Part shown: in pieces, positions 50,027 through 61,849 of the stretch
Numbering within the stretch: position 1 is the stretch's first letter
Layout of the letters: every line of letters starts with the position of its first letter
Origin: Mobula hypostoma
Taxonomy: Eukaryota
Length of the DNA stretch: 64,000 nucleotides
Assembly: GCF_963921235.1 (NCBI RefSeq)
Contig: NC_086097.1
Coordinates: 1,674,001-1,738,000, forward strand
Direction of reading: 5' to 3'
Translations under genes and position numbers: made by a program
Notes under the pieces: model-generated
Seen by the model: the letters and a program-made list of their open reading frames with translations, nothing else
Database searches by the model: none
What the model was told of the DNA's origin: nothing

Positions 50027-51672
50027 GACAAGGTTCCACACGGTAGGCTTATTCAGAAAGTTAGAAGGCATGGGATCCAGGGAAGTTTGGCCAGGTGGAT
50101 TCAGAATTGGCTTGCCTGCAGAAGACAGAGGGTCGTGGTGGAGGGAGTACATTCAGATTGGAGGGTTGTGACTAGTGGTGTCCCACAAGGATCGGTTCTG
50201 GGACCTCTACTTTTCGTGATTTTTATTAACGACCTGGATGTGGGGGTAGAAGGGTGGGTTGGCAAGTTTGCAGACAACACAAAGGTTGGTGGTGGTGTAG
50301 ATAGTGTAGAGGATTATCAAAGATTGCAGAGAGACATTGATAGGATGCAGAAGTGGGCTGAGAAGTGGCAGATGGAGCTCAACCCGGAGAAGTGTGAGGT
50401 GGTGCACTTTGGAAGGACAAACTCCAAGGCAGAGTACAAAGTAAATGGCAGGATACTTGGTAGTGTGGAGGAGCAGAGGGATCTCAGGGTACATGTCCAC
50501 AGATCCCTGAAAGTTGCCTCACAGGTGGATAGGGTAGTTAAGAAAGCTTATGGGGTGTTAGCTTTCATAAGTCGAGGGATAGAGTTTAAGAGTCGTGATG
50601 TAATGATGCAGCTCTATAAAACTCTGGTTAGGCCACACTTGGAATACTGTGTCCAGTTCTGGTCACCTCACTATAGGAAGGATGTGGAAGCATTGGAAAG
50701 GGTACAGAGGAGATTTACCAGGATGCTGCCTGGTTTAGAAAGTATGCATTATGATCAGAGATGAAGGGAGCTAGGGCTTTACTCTTTGGAAAGAAGGAGG
50801 ATGAGAGGAGAGATGATAGAGGTGTACAAGATAATAAGAGGAATAGATAGAGTGGATAGCCAGCACCTCTTCCCCAGGGCACCACTGCTCAATACAGGGG
50901 GATATGGCTTTAAAGTAAGGGGTGGGAAGCTCAAGGGGGATATTAGAGGAAGGTTTTTTACTCAGAGAGTCGCTGGTGCATGGAATACCCTGCCTGAGTC
51001 AGTGGTGGAGGCAGATACACTAGTGAAATTTAAGAGACTACTAGACAGGTATGTGGAGGAATTTAAGGTGGGGGGTTATATGGGAGGCAGGTTTTGAGGG
51101 TCGGTACGACAATGTGGGCCGAAGGGCCTGTACTGTGCTGTACTATTCTATTCTATAAGGGGCCCAAACCTGCTCACAATACTTCAACGAGGCCTCACCA
51201 GTGCTTCATAAAGTTTCAACATTACCCTCGTGCTTTTGTATTCTAGCTCTCTTGAAATGAATGCTAACATTGCATTTGCCTTCCTCACCACAGACTCAAC
51301 CTGCAAATTAACCTTTACAGAATCCTGCACAAAGGCTCCAAGTCCCTTTGCATTTCAGGTTTTTTGTATTTCCTCTCCACTTAGAAAACTGTCAGCCCTT
51401 TCATTTCTTCAACCAAAGTGCACGACCATACACTTCCCAACACGACATTCCATCTGCCATGTCTTTGCCCATTCTCCTGTTCTATCTAAGTCCTTCTGCA
51501 GCCTCTTTACTTCCTCAAAACAACCTGCCTCTGCACAAATCTTTATCTTGTCTGCAAACTTTGCAACAAAGCCATCGATTTCATCATTCAAATCACTGAC
51601 CTATAACGTAAAAAAAAGCGATCTCAACACAGACCCCGTGGAACACCGCTAGTCGCCAGGCAACCAGCCAGA

Positions 51673-52232
51673 AAACATAGAAACATAGAAAATAGGTGCA
51701 GGAGTAGGCCATTCAGCCCTTCGAGCCTGCACTGCCATTCAGTATGATCATGGCTGATCATCCAACTCAGAACCCTGTACCAGCCTTCCCTCCATAGCCC
51801 CTGATCCTCTTAAATATAGCCAATGAACTGGCCTCAACTGTTTCCTGTGGCAGAGAATTCCACAGATTCACCACTCTCAGTGTGAAGAAGTTTTTCCTCA
51901 TCTCGGTCCTAAAAGGCTTCCCCTTTATCCTCGAACTGTGACCCCTCGTTCTGGACTTCCCCAAGATCGGGAACAATCTTCCTGCATCTAGCCTGTCCAA
52001 TCCTTTTAGGATTTTATACGTTTCAATCAGATCCCCCCTCAATCTTCTAAATTCCAACGAGTACAAGCCCAGTTCATCCAGTCTTTCTTCATATGAAAGT
52101 CCTGCCATCCTAGGAATCAATCTGGTGAACCTTCTTTGTACTCCCTCTATGACAAGGATGACTTTCCTCAGATTAGGGGATCAAAATTGCACACAATACT
52201 CCAGGAGTGGTCTCACCAAGGCCTTGTACAAC
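51673..52232 (-). mobile_element. CR1 3' fragment (same subfamily as 33047-33794)
   Basis: AGLSYEERLDELGLYSLEFRRLRGDLIETYKILKG; tail at 51673-51692. Confidence 0.88.
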
Positions 52233-55200
52233 TGTATAGGAATAGAATGAGGTGGATGACAAACGTGTGGCTGAGGGATTGGAGCAGGGGGCAGGGATTC
52301 AGATTTCTGGATCATTGGGACCTCTTTTGGGGCAGGAGTGACCTGTACAAAAAGGACGGGTTGCACTTAAATCCTAAGGGGGACCAATATCCTGGCGGGG
52401 AGGTTTAAAGCTACTGGGGAGAGTTTAAACTAGAATTGTTGGGGGATGGGAACCAAACTGAAGAGACTGGGGAAGAGGCGGTCGGTTCACAAATCGAGAA
52501 AGTTTAGAGACAGTGAGAGAGGGAGGATAGGCAGGTGATAGAGAAGGGACACATTCAAACTGATAGTTTGAGATGTGTCTATTTTAATGCAAGAAGTATC
52601 ATGAACAAAGCAGATGAGCTTAATAGAGCATGGATGAGTACTTGGAGCTATGACGTTTTGGCCATTACAGAGACTGGATGACTCAGGGGCAGGAATGGCT
52701 ACTTAACAGTGCCAGGACAGGGAGGGAGGCAGAAGAGATGGGGACGTGACACTGCTGATCAGAGATAGTGTCACAGCTCCAGAAAAGGAGGAAGACATGG
52801 AGGGATTGTCTACGGAGTCTCTGTGGGTGGAAGTTAGAAAGAGGAAGGGGTCAATAACTCTACTGGGTGTCTTTTATAGACCACCCAATAGTAAAGGGAC
52901 ATCGAGGAGCAGATAGGGAGAAAGATTCTGGAAAGATGCAATAATAACAGGGTTGTTGTGATGGAAGATTTTAATTTCCCCAATATGATTGGCATCTCCT
53001 TAGAGCAAGGGGTTTAGATGGGGTGGAGTTTGTTCGGTGTGTTCAGGAAGGTTTTCTGACACAATATGTAGATAAGCCAACTAGAAGAGAGCCTGTACTT
53101 GATCCGGTATTGGGAAATGAACCTGGTCAGGTGTCAGATCTCTCAGTGGGAGAGAATTTTCGAGATAGTGATCACAATTCTATCTCCTTTACCATAGCAT
53201 TGGAGAGAGATAGGAACAGACAAGTTAGGAAAGCATTTAATTGGAGTAAGGGGAACTATGAAGTTAATCAGGCAGGAACTTGGAAACATATATTGGGAAT
53301 ACAGCAGAAACATGGCAAATGATCAGAGGATATTTGTGTGGTGTTCTGCATAGGTACGTTCCAATGAGACAGGGAAAAGATGGTAGGGTACAGGAACCAT
53401 GGTGTACAAAGGCTGTTGAAAATCTGGTCAAGAAGAAAAGAAAAGCTTGTGAAAGGTTCAAAAAGGCGACACGCCCGACATCACCCACCCACCAATAAAC
53501 CCCTTACTCAACCTTCCGCCCCTCCCCCAAAGAAATTATTTTTTATTTTAAAATAAAATTTTTTAAAAATGAAAGGTTCAAAAAAACTAGGTAATGATAG
53601 AGATCTAGAAAATTATAAGGCTAGCAGGAAGGAGTATAAGAATGAAATTCAGAGAGCCAGAAGGGGCCATGAGAAGGCCCTGGTGAGCAGGATTAAGGAA
53701 AAGCCTACAACTACGTGAAGAGCAAGAGGGCAAGACATGAGAGAATAGGACCAATCAAGTGTGACAGTGGAAAAGTGTGTATGGAACCGGAGGAGATAGA
53801 GGAGGTACTTAATAAATACTTTGCTTCAGTATTCACTATGGAAAAGGATCTTGGTGATTGCAGTGATGACTTGCAGTGGACTGAAAAGCTTGAGAATATA
53901 GATATTAAAGAAGAGAATGTGCTGGAGCTTTTGGAAAGCATCAAGTTGGATAAGTCACCGGGACCGGACGGGATGTACCCCAGGCTACTGTGGGAAGTGA
54001 GGGAGGAGATTGCTGAGCCTCTGCCAATGATCTTTGCATCATCAATGGGGTCGGGAGAGGTTCCCGATGATTGGAGGGTTGTGGTTTTTATACCCTTATT
54101 CAAGAAAGGGAGTAGAGATAGTCCAGGAAATTATAGACCAGTGAGTCTTACTTCAGTGGTTGGTAAGTTGATGGAGAAGATCCTGAGAGGCAGGATTTAT
54201 GAACATTTGGAGAGGCATAATATGATTAGGAATAGTCACCATGGCTTTGTCAAGGGCAGGTCGTGCCTTATGAGCCTGATTGAATTTTCTAAGGATGTGA
54301 CTAAACACATTGATGAAGGTAAAGCAGTAGATGTAGTGTATATGGATTTCAGCAAGGCATTTAATAAGGAACCCCATGCAAGGCTGATTGAGAAAGTTAG
54401 GAGGCATGGGATCCAAGGTGACATTGCTTTGTGGATCCAGAATTGGCTTGCCCACAGAAGGCAAAGAGTGGTTGTAGATGGGTCATATTCTGCATGGAGG
54501 TTGGTCACCAGTGGTGTGCCTCAGGGATCTGTTCTGGGACCCCTTCTCTTCGTGCTTTTTATAAATGACCTGGATGAGGAAGTGGAGGGATGGGTTAGTA
54601 AATCTGCTGATGACACAAAGGTTGGTTGTGTTGTGGATAGTGTGGAGGGCTGTCAGAGGTTACAGCGGGACACTGATAGGATGCAAAACTGGGCTAAAAA
54701 GTGGCAGATGGAATTCAACCCAAATAAGTGTGAGATAGTTCATTTTGGTAGGTCAAACATGATGATAGAATATAGTATTAATGGTAAGACTCTTGACAGT
54801 GTGGACGATCAAAGGGATCTTAGGGTCTGAGTCCATAGGGCGCTCAAAGCACAAGTTGACTGTGGATAAGAAGGCATATGGTGCATTAGCCTTCATCAAT
54901 CGTGGGATTGAGTTTAAGAGCCGAGAGGTACTATTACAGGTGGAAAGGACCCTGGTCAGACCCCACTTGGAGTACTGTGCTCAGTTCTGGTCGCCTCACT
55001 ACAGGAAGGACGTGGAAACCATAGAAAGGGTGCAGAAGAGATTTAGAAGGATGTTGCCTGGATTGGGGAGCATGCCTTATGAGAGTAGGTTGAGTGAACG
55101 ACCTTTTCTCCTTGGAGTTACAGAGAATGAGAGGTGACTTGATAGAGGTGTATAAGATGATGAGAGGCATTGATCATGTGGATAGTCAGAAGCTTTTTCC

Positions 55201-55505
55201 CAGGACTGAAATGGCCAGCACGAGAGGGCACAGTTTTAAGGTGCTTGGAAGTAGGTACAGAGGGGATGTCAGGGGTAAGTTTTTTACACAGAGAGTGGTG
55301 AGTGCGTGGAATGGGCTGCCGGTGACAGTGGTGGAGGCGAATATGATAGGGTCTTTTAAGAGACTCCTGGATAGTACATGGAGCTTAGAAAAATAGAGGG
55401 CTATGGGTAACCCTAGTAATTTCTAAAGTAAGTACATGTTCGGCACAGCATTGTGGGCCAAAGGGCCTGTATTGTGCTGTAGGTTTTCTAAGTTTCTCTG
55501 TTTCT
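52233..55505 (+). mobile_element. CR1 LINE (ORF1 end plus ORF2), with a 105-bp insertion at 53465-53569
   Basis: FLDHWDLFWG..DGLHLN; open stretch 53715-54830; 3' UTR and tail. Confidence 0.9.
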
Positions 55506-56990
55506 AAAAGGCTCCCTTTATTCCCATTCTTTGTCTCTTGTTAATCAACCAATGCTTTATCCATGCTAGAATCGCTCCTGTAATACCATGGGCTCATAGC
55601 TTGTTAAGTAGCCTCATGTGCAGCACCTTGTCAAAAGCCTTCTGAGCATCCAAGTACACAACATCAACATCTGGTTCAGGTGACTTATCGTCCTTCAGAC
55701 CTTTCAGTTTCCCCAAGAACCTTCTCTCTAGTAATAGTAACCACATACTTCATCACCCTTGGCATCTGAAACCTTCACCATACTGCAAGTGTCTTCCACC
55801 GTGAAGATGATGCAAAATACTTATTTCGTTCACCCGTTATTTCTTTGTCCCCCATTACTACCTCTCCATCATCGTTTTCAGGCGGTCCGATATCCACTCT
55901 TGCCTCTTTTGTACACTTTATGTATCGGAAGAAACTTTTGGTATCCTCTTTAATATTATTGGCCAGCTTACTTTCGTTTCCATCTTTACCTTTTTAATGA
56001 CTTATTTCAGCTGCCTTCTATTGGTTTTTAAAAGCTTCCCAATCCTCTAACTTCTCACTAATTTTTGCTCTATTATATGCCTTTTCTTTGGCTTTAATGT
56101 TCACTTTGGTATCTCTTGTTAGCCACGGTTGTGTCATCTTGCCTTTAGAATACTTCTTCCTCTTTGGGATGTATATATCCTGTGCTTTCTGAATTGCTTC
56201 CAGAAATCCCAGCCACTGCTGCTCTGCCATCATCCCTGCCAGTGTTCTTTTCCAATCAATTCTGGCCAACTCCTCTCTCAAGCCTCTGTAATTCCCTTTA
56301 CTCCACTGTAATACTGATACGTCTGACTTTAGCTTCTCCTCAAATTTCAGGGTGAATTCGATCATATTATGATCACTTACCCTTTAAGTTCTCTAATCAA
56401 TTGTGGTTCATTGCACAACGCCCATTCCAGAATAGCTGATTCCCCTAGTGGGTTCAACCACGAGCTGCTCTAAAACCATCTAGTAGGGATTCTAGAAATT
56501 CTCCCTCCTGGAATCCAGCACCAACCTGAGCCACCTCAGTCTATCACAAGAAAAGCCCTTCCCGCCACTGGGCGCATTCGCAAGGAGTGATGCCACAGGA
56601 AAGCAGCACCCATCATCACCGACCCCCACCACGTACTTCATGCTTTCTTCTCACTGATGTAATTGGGAAGGAGGCACAGGAGCCTCGGGTCCTACACCAC
56701 CAGGTGAAGGAATAGTCATTACCCTAAAGACACCAGGCTCCTGAACCTCACCTCACCTGTGAACCTATGATCAATCGACTCACTTTCAAGGACTCTATAA
56801 CTTATGTTCCCTGTGTTATTTCTTCACTATTTTTAATTTTTCTGTTTTTACACTTTGTCTTATTTTGCACAATGGTTATTTGTCAGTCTCTGTATGTAGT
56901 TTTTCATTGTCTCTGTCGTCCTACAGAACAACTATCTCAGGGTGTATATGGTGACACATAAGCACTTTGATAATAAATTTATTTGGAACT
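55506..56990. mobile_element. Old CR1 (-) fragments and a Rex1/L2-like (+) 3' remnant
   Basis: WSKGNYRGLREELARIDW..QPWLT on the minus strand; GATAATAAA-type 3' end near 56970. Confidence 0.65.
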
Positions 56991-57549
56991 TTTATCAAGC
57001 ACCTACATAGTACCATATACGAATTTCAGATTCACTTTCTTGTAGCCATTTAGAGGGAAATATAGAAATGCATTTGGAATATTGAATTCATTTTGGTCTC
57101 TTTGCAACAGGACAGATGTCACTTAGGTACCCTTCAGAATCGTTTATATGGATGACAAACCACAAGGGTCCCAGCACCAAGCCCTGAACGCCGGTAGACA
57201 CGGCCCCTTTTCGGAGAAACACACTCCGGTTGCAGGCGAGACCTAACACTGGGCATTAGGGGTCGATTTTATATGTCCTGGTCTCAGCACAGGCTTGTTC
57301 TCGCCCAGCAAGATTTCTCCAGTAGGTTCTGCAGACGGTGGGTCTCAGGAGAGATGGAAATGGTCAGGGCAACGGTTCACCAGGGTCTAAGGGATCTAGC
57401 TACCTGCCCCCCCCCCATCACCGGTTGGGACAGTTTCGCGACCACCACTGGGTCCTGTAACAGAACGAGGGTCACCAACCAGCACCGAGATGGGGCAGAG
57501 ATCCCCTGTTCCCCAATTCCCTGCAGGGAGGGGATGGGGGAAATGGGGT

Positions 57550-57900
57550 GGGGGCGCAGGGTCTGGGTCGGGACCGAAACCTGGCTCCCCGGCCCACCCC
57601 GCTCCGGCTCGGGGCCCGGACACCTTGATCTGCGGCTCAAGCTTGTGCAGCGGAAAAGTTTGGATCAAGTTTGTTCCATACCTGCCAGACCGCTCCCCAC
57701 CACCGTCCGCCGCCCACGGACTCCCGGCCGCTCCCGCTCCCGCTCCCGGCTCCCGCTTGGCCGCCGCTCCCGCGGACCCGCTCCCTCCATCGTCCGGCCT
57801 GGGCCGACAGCGGGGGGAATGCGGAACCCGTCCTCCCCCAAACACGTCACTCCGTCTCCAGAACTCGGCCCGAGAGGAAACCGCACGTCCGGGCAGCGGG
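57550..57900 (-). promoter_or_regulatory. CpG island; candidate promoter and first exon of the JDP2-like gene (donor at 57682/57681)
   Basis: Non-repetitive CpG-dense block; minus-strand donor GGCAG|GTATGG; CRE/ATF-like GTGACGTG at 57843-57850. The first coding exon starts right after an acceptor, so an upstream exon is required. Confidence 0.55.
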
Positions 57901-59010
57901 GACAGAGAGGGAGGGGAGGGGAGGGGAGGGGAGGGGAGCGAAGCGAGAGGGGTAAGGGGAGGAAAAATGAGGTTAGAGAGAGGGGAGGGGAGAGGCATGA
58001 GGGGAAAGGGAGGGGGAGGGGAGGGAGCGGGTTAGGGGGAGAGGAGGAAAAATGAGGTGAGGGAATAGAGAGAGGAGGGAAGGAAAAATGAGGTGAGGGA
58101 ATAGAGAGAGGGGAGGGGTGAAGGAGAGCGAGGGGTTGGGGTGGGGGTGGGGGTGGGGGTGAGGGAGGGGGTGGGGGTGGGGGTGGGGGTGAGGGAGGGG
58201 GTGGGGGTGAGGGAGGGGGAGGGGTTGGGGGTGGGGGTGAGGGAGGGGGAGGGGTTGGGGGTGGGGGTGAGGGAGGGGGAGGGGTTGGGGGTGGGGGTGA
58301 GGGAGGGGGAGGGGTTGAGGGTGGGGGTGAAGGAGGAGAGAGGTTGAGGGGTGGGGTGAAGGAGGGGAGGGGTTGAGGGGTGGGGGTGAAGGAGAGGGAG
58401 GGGTTGAGGAGTGGGGTGAAGAAGGGATTAAGGGGTCAGGGGTGAAGGAGGGGAGGGGTTGAGGGGTCAGGGTGAAGGAGGGGGAGGGGTTGAGGGGTGG
58501 TGGAAGGGGAGGAGGGGTTGAGGGGAAGGGGAGGGGGAAGAGGTGGAGAGGAGGGGGCATGAGAGGGAGGGGAATAGGGAGGTGGGGGAGGGAGGGAAGG
58601 AGATGAGAGGGTACAGAGGGGAGAGGAAGGAGGGATAGGGGAGGAGAGAGGATAGGGGAGGGGAATAGAGGGGTGAGAGCGAGGAGGGAAGGGGTGGGGT
58701 AAAGAGGGGTGAGGGGAAGGGGAAAGTGAGGGGGAAGGGAGGTGAGGGGGGTATAGAGGGGAGAGGAAGGAGGGATAGGGGAGGAGAGAGAGAGGATAAG
58801 GGAGGGAATAGAGGGGTGAGAGAGAGGGGGAAAAGGGGTGGGGTAAAAAGGGGTGAGGGGAAGGGGAAAGTGAGGGGGCAGAGAGGTGAGAGGGAAGGGT
58901 AACGAGAGGGGTGAGAGGGAGGGGAGAGTGATGGAGGGGATGGTAGGAAGGGTACAGAAAGAGAATGGTGAAAGGGAGGGGAAAGAGAGGGAGAGGGGGG
59001 CAGAGGGAAG
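57900..59010. repeat. G-rich polypurine tract, including a ~24-bp (GGGGGTGAGGGAGGGGGAGGGGTT)-like repeat
   Basis: Almost no C on the + strand for ~1.1 kb; dense G4-G5 runs. Confidence 0.9.
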
Positions 59011-59099
59011 ATGACAGAAGCTGTCCTGGAGCCTTTTGGTCCAGGATTTTATGCTGCAGTACCACTTCCCGGATGGTAGTATCTGGAATAGATTGTGGT

Positions 59100-60161
59100 T
59101 GGTCAGTGACAGACAGAATCAGGATGGCGGTCGGTGATGGACAGGGCCAGGATGGCGGTCGGTGACAGACAGGGCCAGGTCATTGGTCAGTGACGGACAG
59201 GGCCAGGACGGCGGTCAGAGACGGACAGGGCCAGGTCATTGGTCGGTGACGGACAGGGCCAGGACGGCGGTCGGTGACGGACAGGGCCAGGACGGTGGTC
59301 GGTGACGGACAGGGCCAGGACGGTGGTCGGTGATGGACAGGGTCAGGTCATTGGTCGGTGATGGACAGGGCCAGGACGGTGGTCGGTGACGGACAGGGCC
59401 AGGTCATTGGTCGGTGACGGACAGGGCCAGGACGGTGGTCGGTGATGGACAGGGCCAGGACGGCGGTCAGTGACGGACAGGGCCAGGTCATTGGTCGGTG
59501 ACGGACAGGGCCAGGACGGCGGTCGGTGACAGACAGGGCCAGGAAGGTGGTCGGTGACGGACAGGGCCAGGACGGCAGTCAGTGACGGACAGGGCCAGGT
59601 CATTGGTCGGTGACGGACAGGGCCAGGTCATTGGTCGGTGACAGACAGGGCCAGGACGGTGGTCGGTGACGGACAGGGCCAGGACGGTGGTCGGTGATGG
59701 ACAGGGTCAGGTCATTGGTCGGTGATGGACAGGGCCAGGACGGTGGTCGGTGACGGACAGGGCCAGGTCATTGGTCGGTGACGGACAGGGCCAGGACGGT
59801 GGTCGGTGATGGACAGGGCCAGGACGGCGGTCAGTGACGGACAGGGCCAGGTCATTGGTCGGTGACGGACAGGGCCAGGACGGCGGTCGGTGACAGACAG
59901 GGCCAGGAAGGTGGTCGGTGACGGACAGGGCCAGGACGGCAGTCAGTGACGGACAGGGCCAGGTCATTGGTCGGTGACGGACAGGGCCAGGTCATTGGTC
60001 GGTGACAGACAGGGCCAGGACGGTGGTCGGTGACGGACAGGGGCAGGTCATTGATCGGTGACAGACAGGGCCAGGATGGTGGTCGGTGACGGGCAGGGCC
60101 AGGACGGCGGTCAGTGACGGACAGGGCCAGGATGGCGGTCGGTGACGCACAGGGCCAGGAC
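59100..60161. repeat. 28-bp minisatellite (TCGGTGACGGACAGGGCCAGGACGGTGG / ...GGTCATTGG), ~37 copies
   Basis: Direct periodicity with two main unit variants and a 364-bp higher-order duplication. Confidence 0.95.
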
Positions 60162-60339
60162 TCTCATCTTGCTGTGCTCTAGTGGGTCAGTCTCCAACTC
60201 GGGTACATTTTTAAAACTATTTCATAGCCAGTGATATGTTTTGTAACTTCAAAGCATTAAGCTAATTCAAAGGACAATATGGGAGGCCAGGATTGTGGAT
60301 CTAACTTCAAGTTTACTTTAATTGATACATGTATCAGTT

Positions 60340-60990
60340 TTTGGGAGGGAGGAGAAGATGGCGGCGCGACACAGAGCGCGCGGCTGTTCTGAATGAATAT
60401 CGATTATGTGTAACTAGGGGGTTGTACACAATCCGGATTTGATGGAGACAGCCATGAGAAGCGCAGAGGAAAACACCTGGAGAAACTTCTGAAATGCCCG
60501 TTTCACTGCCGCTGCTACTGTGCGATCGAGACTGTCTGGAGACGAAGGCCCCAAATCCTCGGCTTTGCCTATCGCCTGTTGCCGGGGCCGGGGTCGAAAC
60601 GCTCGGCAGAGATGGTGCTCGGTGCTCGGTGTCGGAGAGCTGGTCGGAGGCTTGGAGTTTTCGGACGGACTCTGAGTCGGACTGTGGTCGGATGCTTCCG
60701 GGATGCTGCATCAGCAAGTTGGCAGCGCTGGAGGTTCACCGTCTGTGTGAGATGATGGGACTTTTGAGAGACTTTGAGACTTTTACTGTGCCATGGTCTG
60801 TTCTTATCAAATTACGGTACTGCTTTGCACTGTTGTAACTATGTGTTATAATTATGTGGTTTTTGTCACTTTTTAAGTCGGGTTGTCATGTGCTTTCGTG
60901 ATATCATTCTGGGAAAACATTGTATCATTTCTTAATGCATGCATTATTAAATGACAATAAAAGAGGTCTGTGTGTCCTCATAATCTAATA
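60340..60990 (+). mobile_element. ~640-bp non-autonomous retroposon, copy 4 (subtype B)
   Basis: GGGAGGGAGGAGAAGATGGCGGCG...GACAATAAAAGAGGTCTGTGTGTCCTCATAATCTA. Confidence 0.8.
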
Positions 60991-61259
60991 ATAATCATAA
61001 TAATGTATATATCGTGGTAGTGTTATAACATGTAATTCATGTATTTTTACGTATAACCTGTCATTAATTATTTAAATAAACATGAATGTTTCATTAAACT
61101 ATACATACACAGTATATTACTGAATTAGGGTACAGAATGGCGATGACCAGGAATGCCCACCTGTGCCTTTATTTTTTCAAGTCCCTGTTGACCTTTACTG
61201 ACTTTTATCATTGCCCTCTGGAAAGCAGAAGAACTGAATTGATAGAGGTGTACAAGATG

Positions 61260-61563
61260 ATTATTACAGGCATCCATTAGTCTTGTGAGACCATGGATTT
61301 GCGCCTTGGAAGGTTTCCAGGGCACAGGCCTGGGCAAGGTTGTATGAAGACCGGCAGTTGCCCATGCTGCAAGTCTCCCCTCTCCACGCCAGCGATGTTG
61401 TCCAAGGGAAGGGCATTAGGACCCATACAGCTTGGCACTGGTGTCGTCGCAGAGCAATGTGTGGTTAAGTGCCTTGCTCAAGGACACAACACGCTGCCTA
61501 GGCGAAGGCTCGAACTAACGACCTTCTGATCAGTAGACGAACACCTTAACCACTTGGCCACGA
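61260..61563 (-). mobile_element. tRNA-derived SINE inserted in a CR1 fragment
   Basis: Minus strand: A box TGGCCAAGTGG, B box-like AGTTCGAGCC, then TGTGTCCTTGAGCAAGGCACTTAACC (CORE/V-SINE-like segment) and a short TAA-type tail. Confidence 0.75.
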
Positions 61564-61849
61564 GATAAGAGCCATAGATTGAGTAGATCAGAGGACACTT
61601 TTTTCCCCAGGGCAGAAATGGCTAATAGGAGGGTATGTATCTTTAAGGTGTTGTGAGGAAAGGACAGGGGTGGATGTCAGAGGTAGTTTTTTTACACAGA
61701 GTAAGGTAGATGCATGGAACATCCTCCCAGGGGTGGTGCTGGAGGCAGATACATTCGGGATATTTCAGAGACTTTCAGATTGGCACATGGATGAAAGCAA
61801 AATGGAGGGCAATGTAGGAACAAAGGGCTAGATTAAATTTAGAGTAGGT

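Larger units (their letters stand above)
44303..51155 (+). mobile_element. Young CR1 ORF2 in two pieces (44303-46003 and 50027-51155) flanking an opposite-strand copy of the same subfamily
   Basis: NARSIRNK..ITETWL; long open stretch 44803-45957; MDFNKA.|DKVPHG is continuous across the gap; TTCTA tail. Confidence 0.9.

Noticed and set aside
57273..59065. Arg/Gly- and Pro-rich ORFs of 180-260 aa
   Set aside because: Expected in GC-rich, low-complexity DNA; no recognisable domain.
61480..61563. tRNA gene
   Set aside because: The tRNA-like head continues into a SINE body and tail, and no complete cloverleaf is evident.
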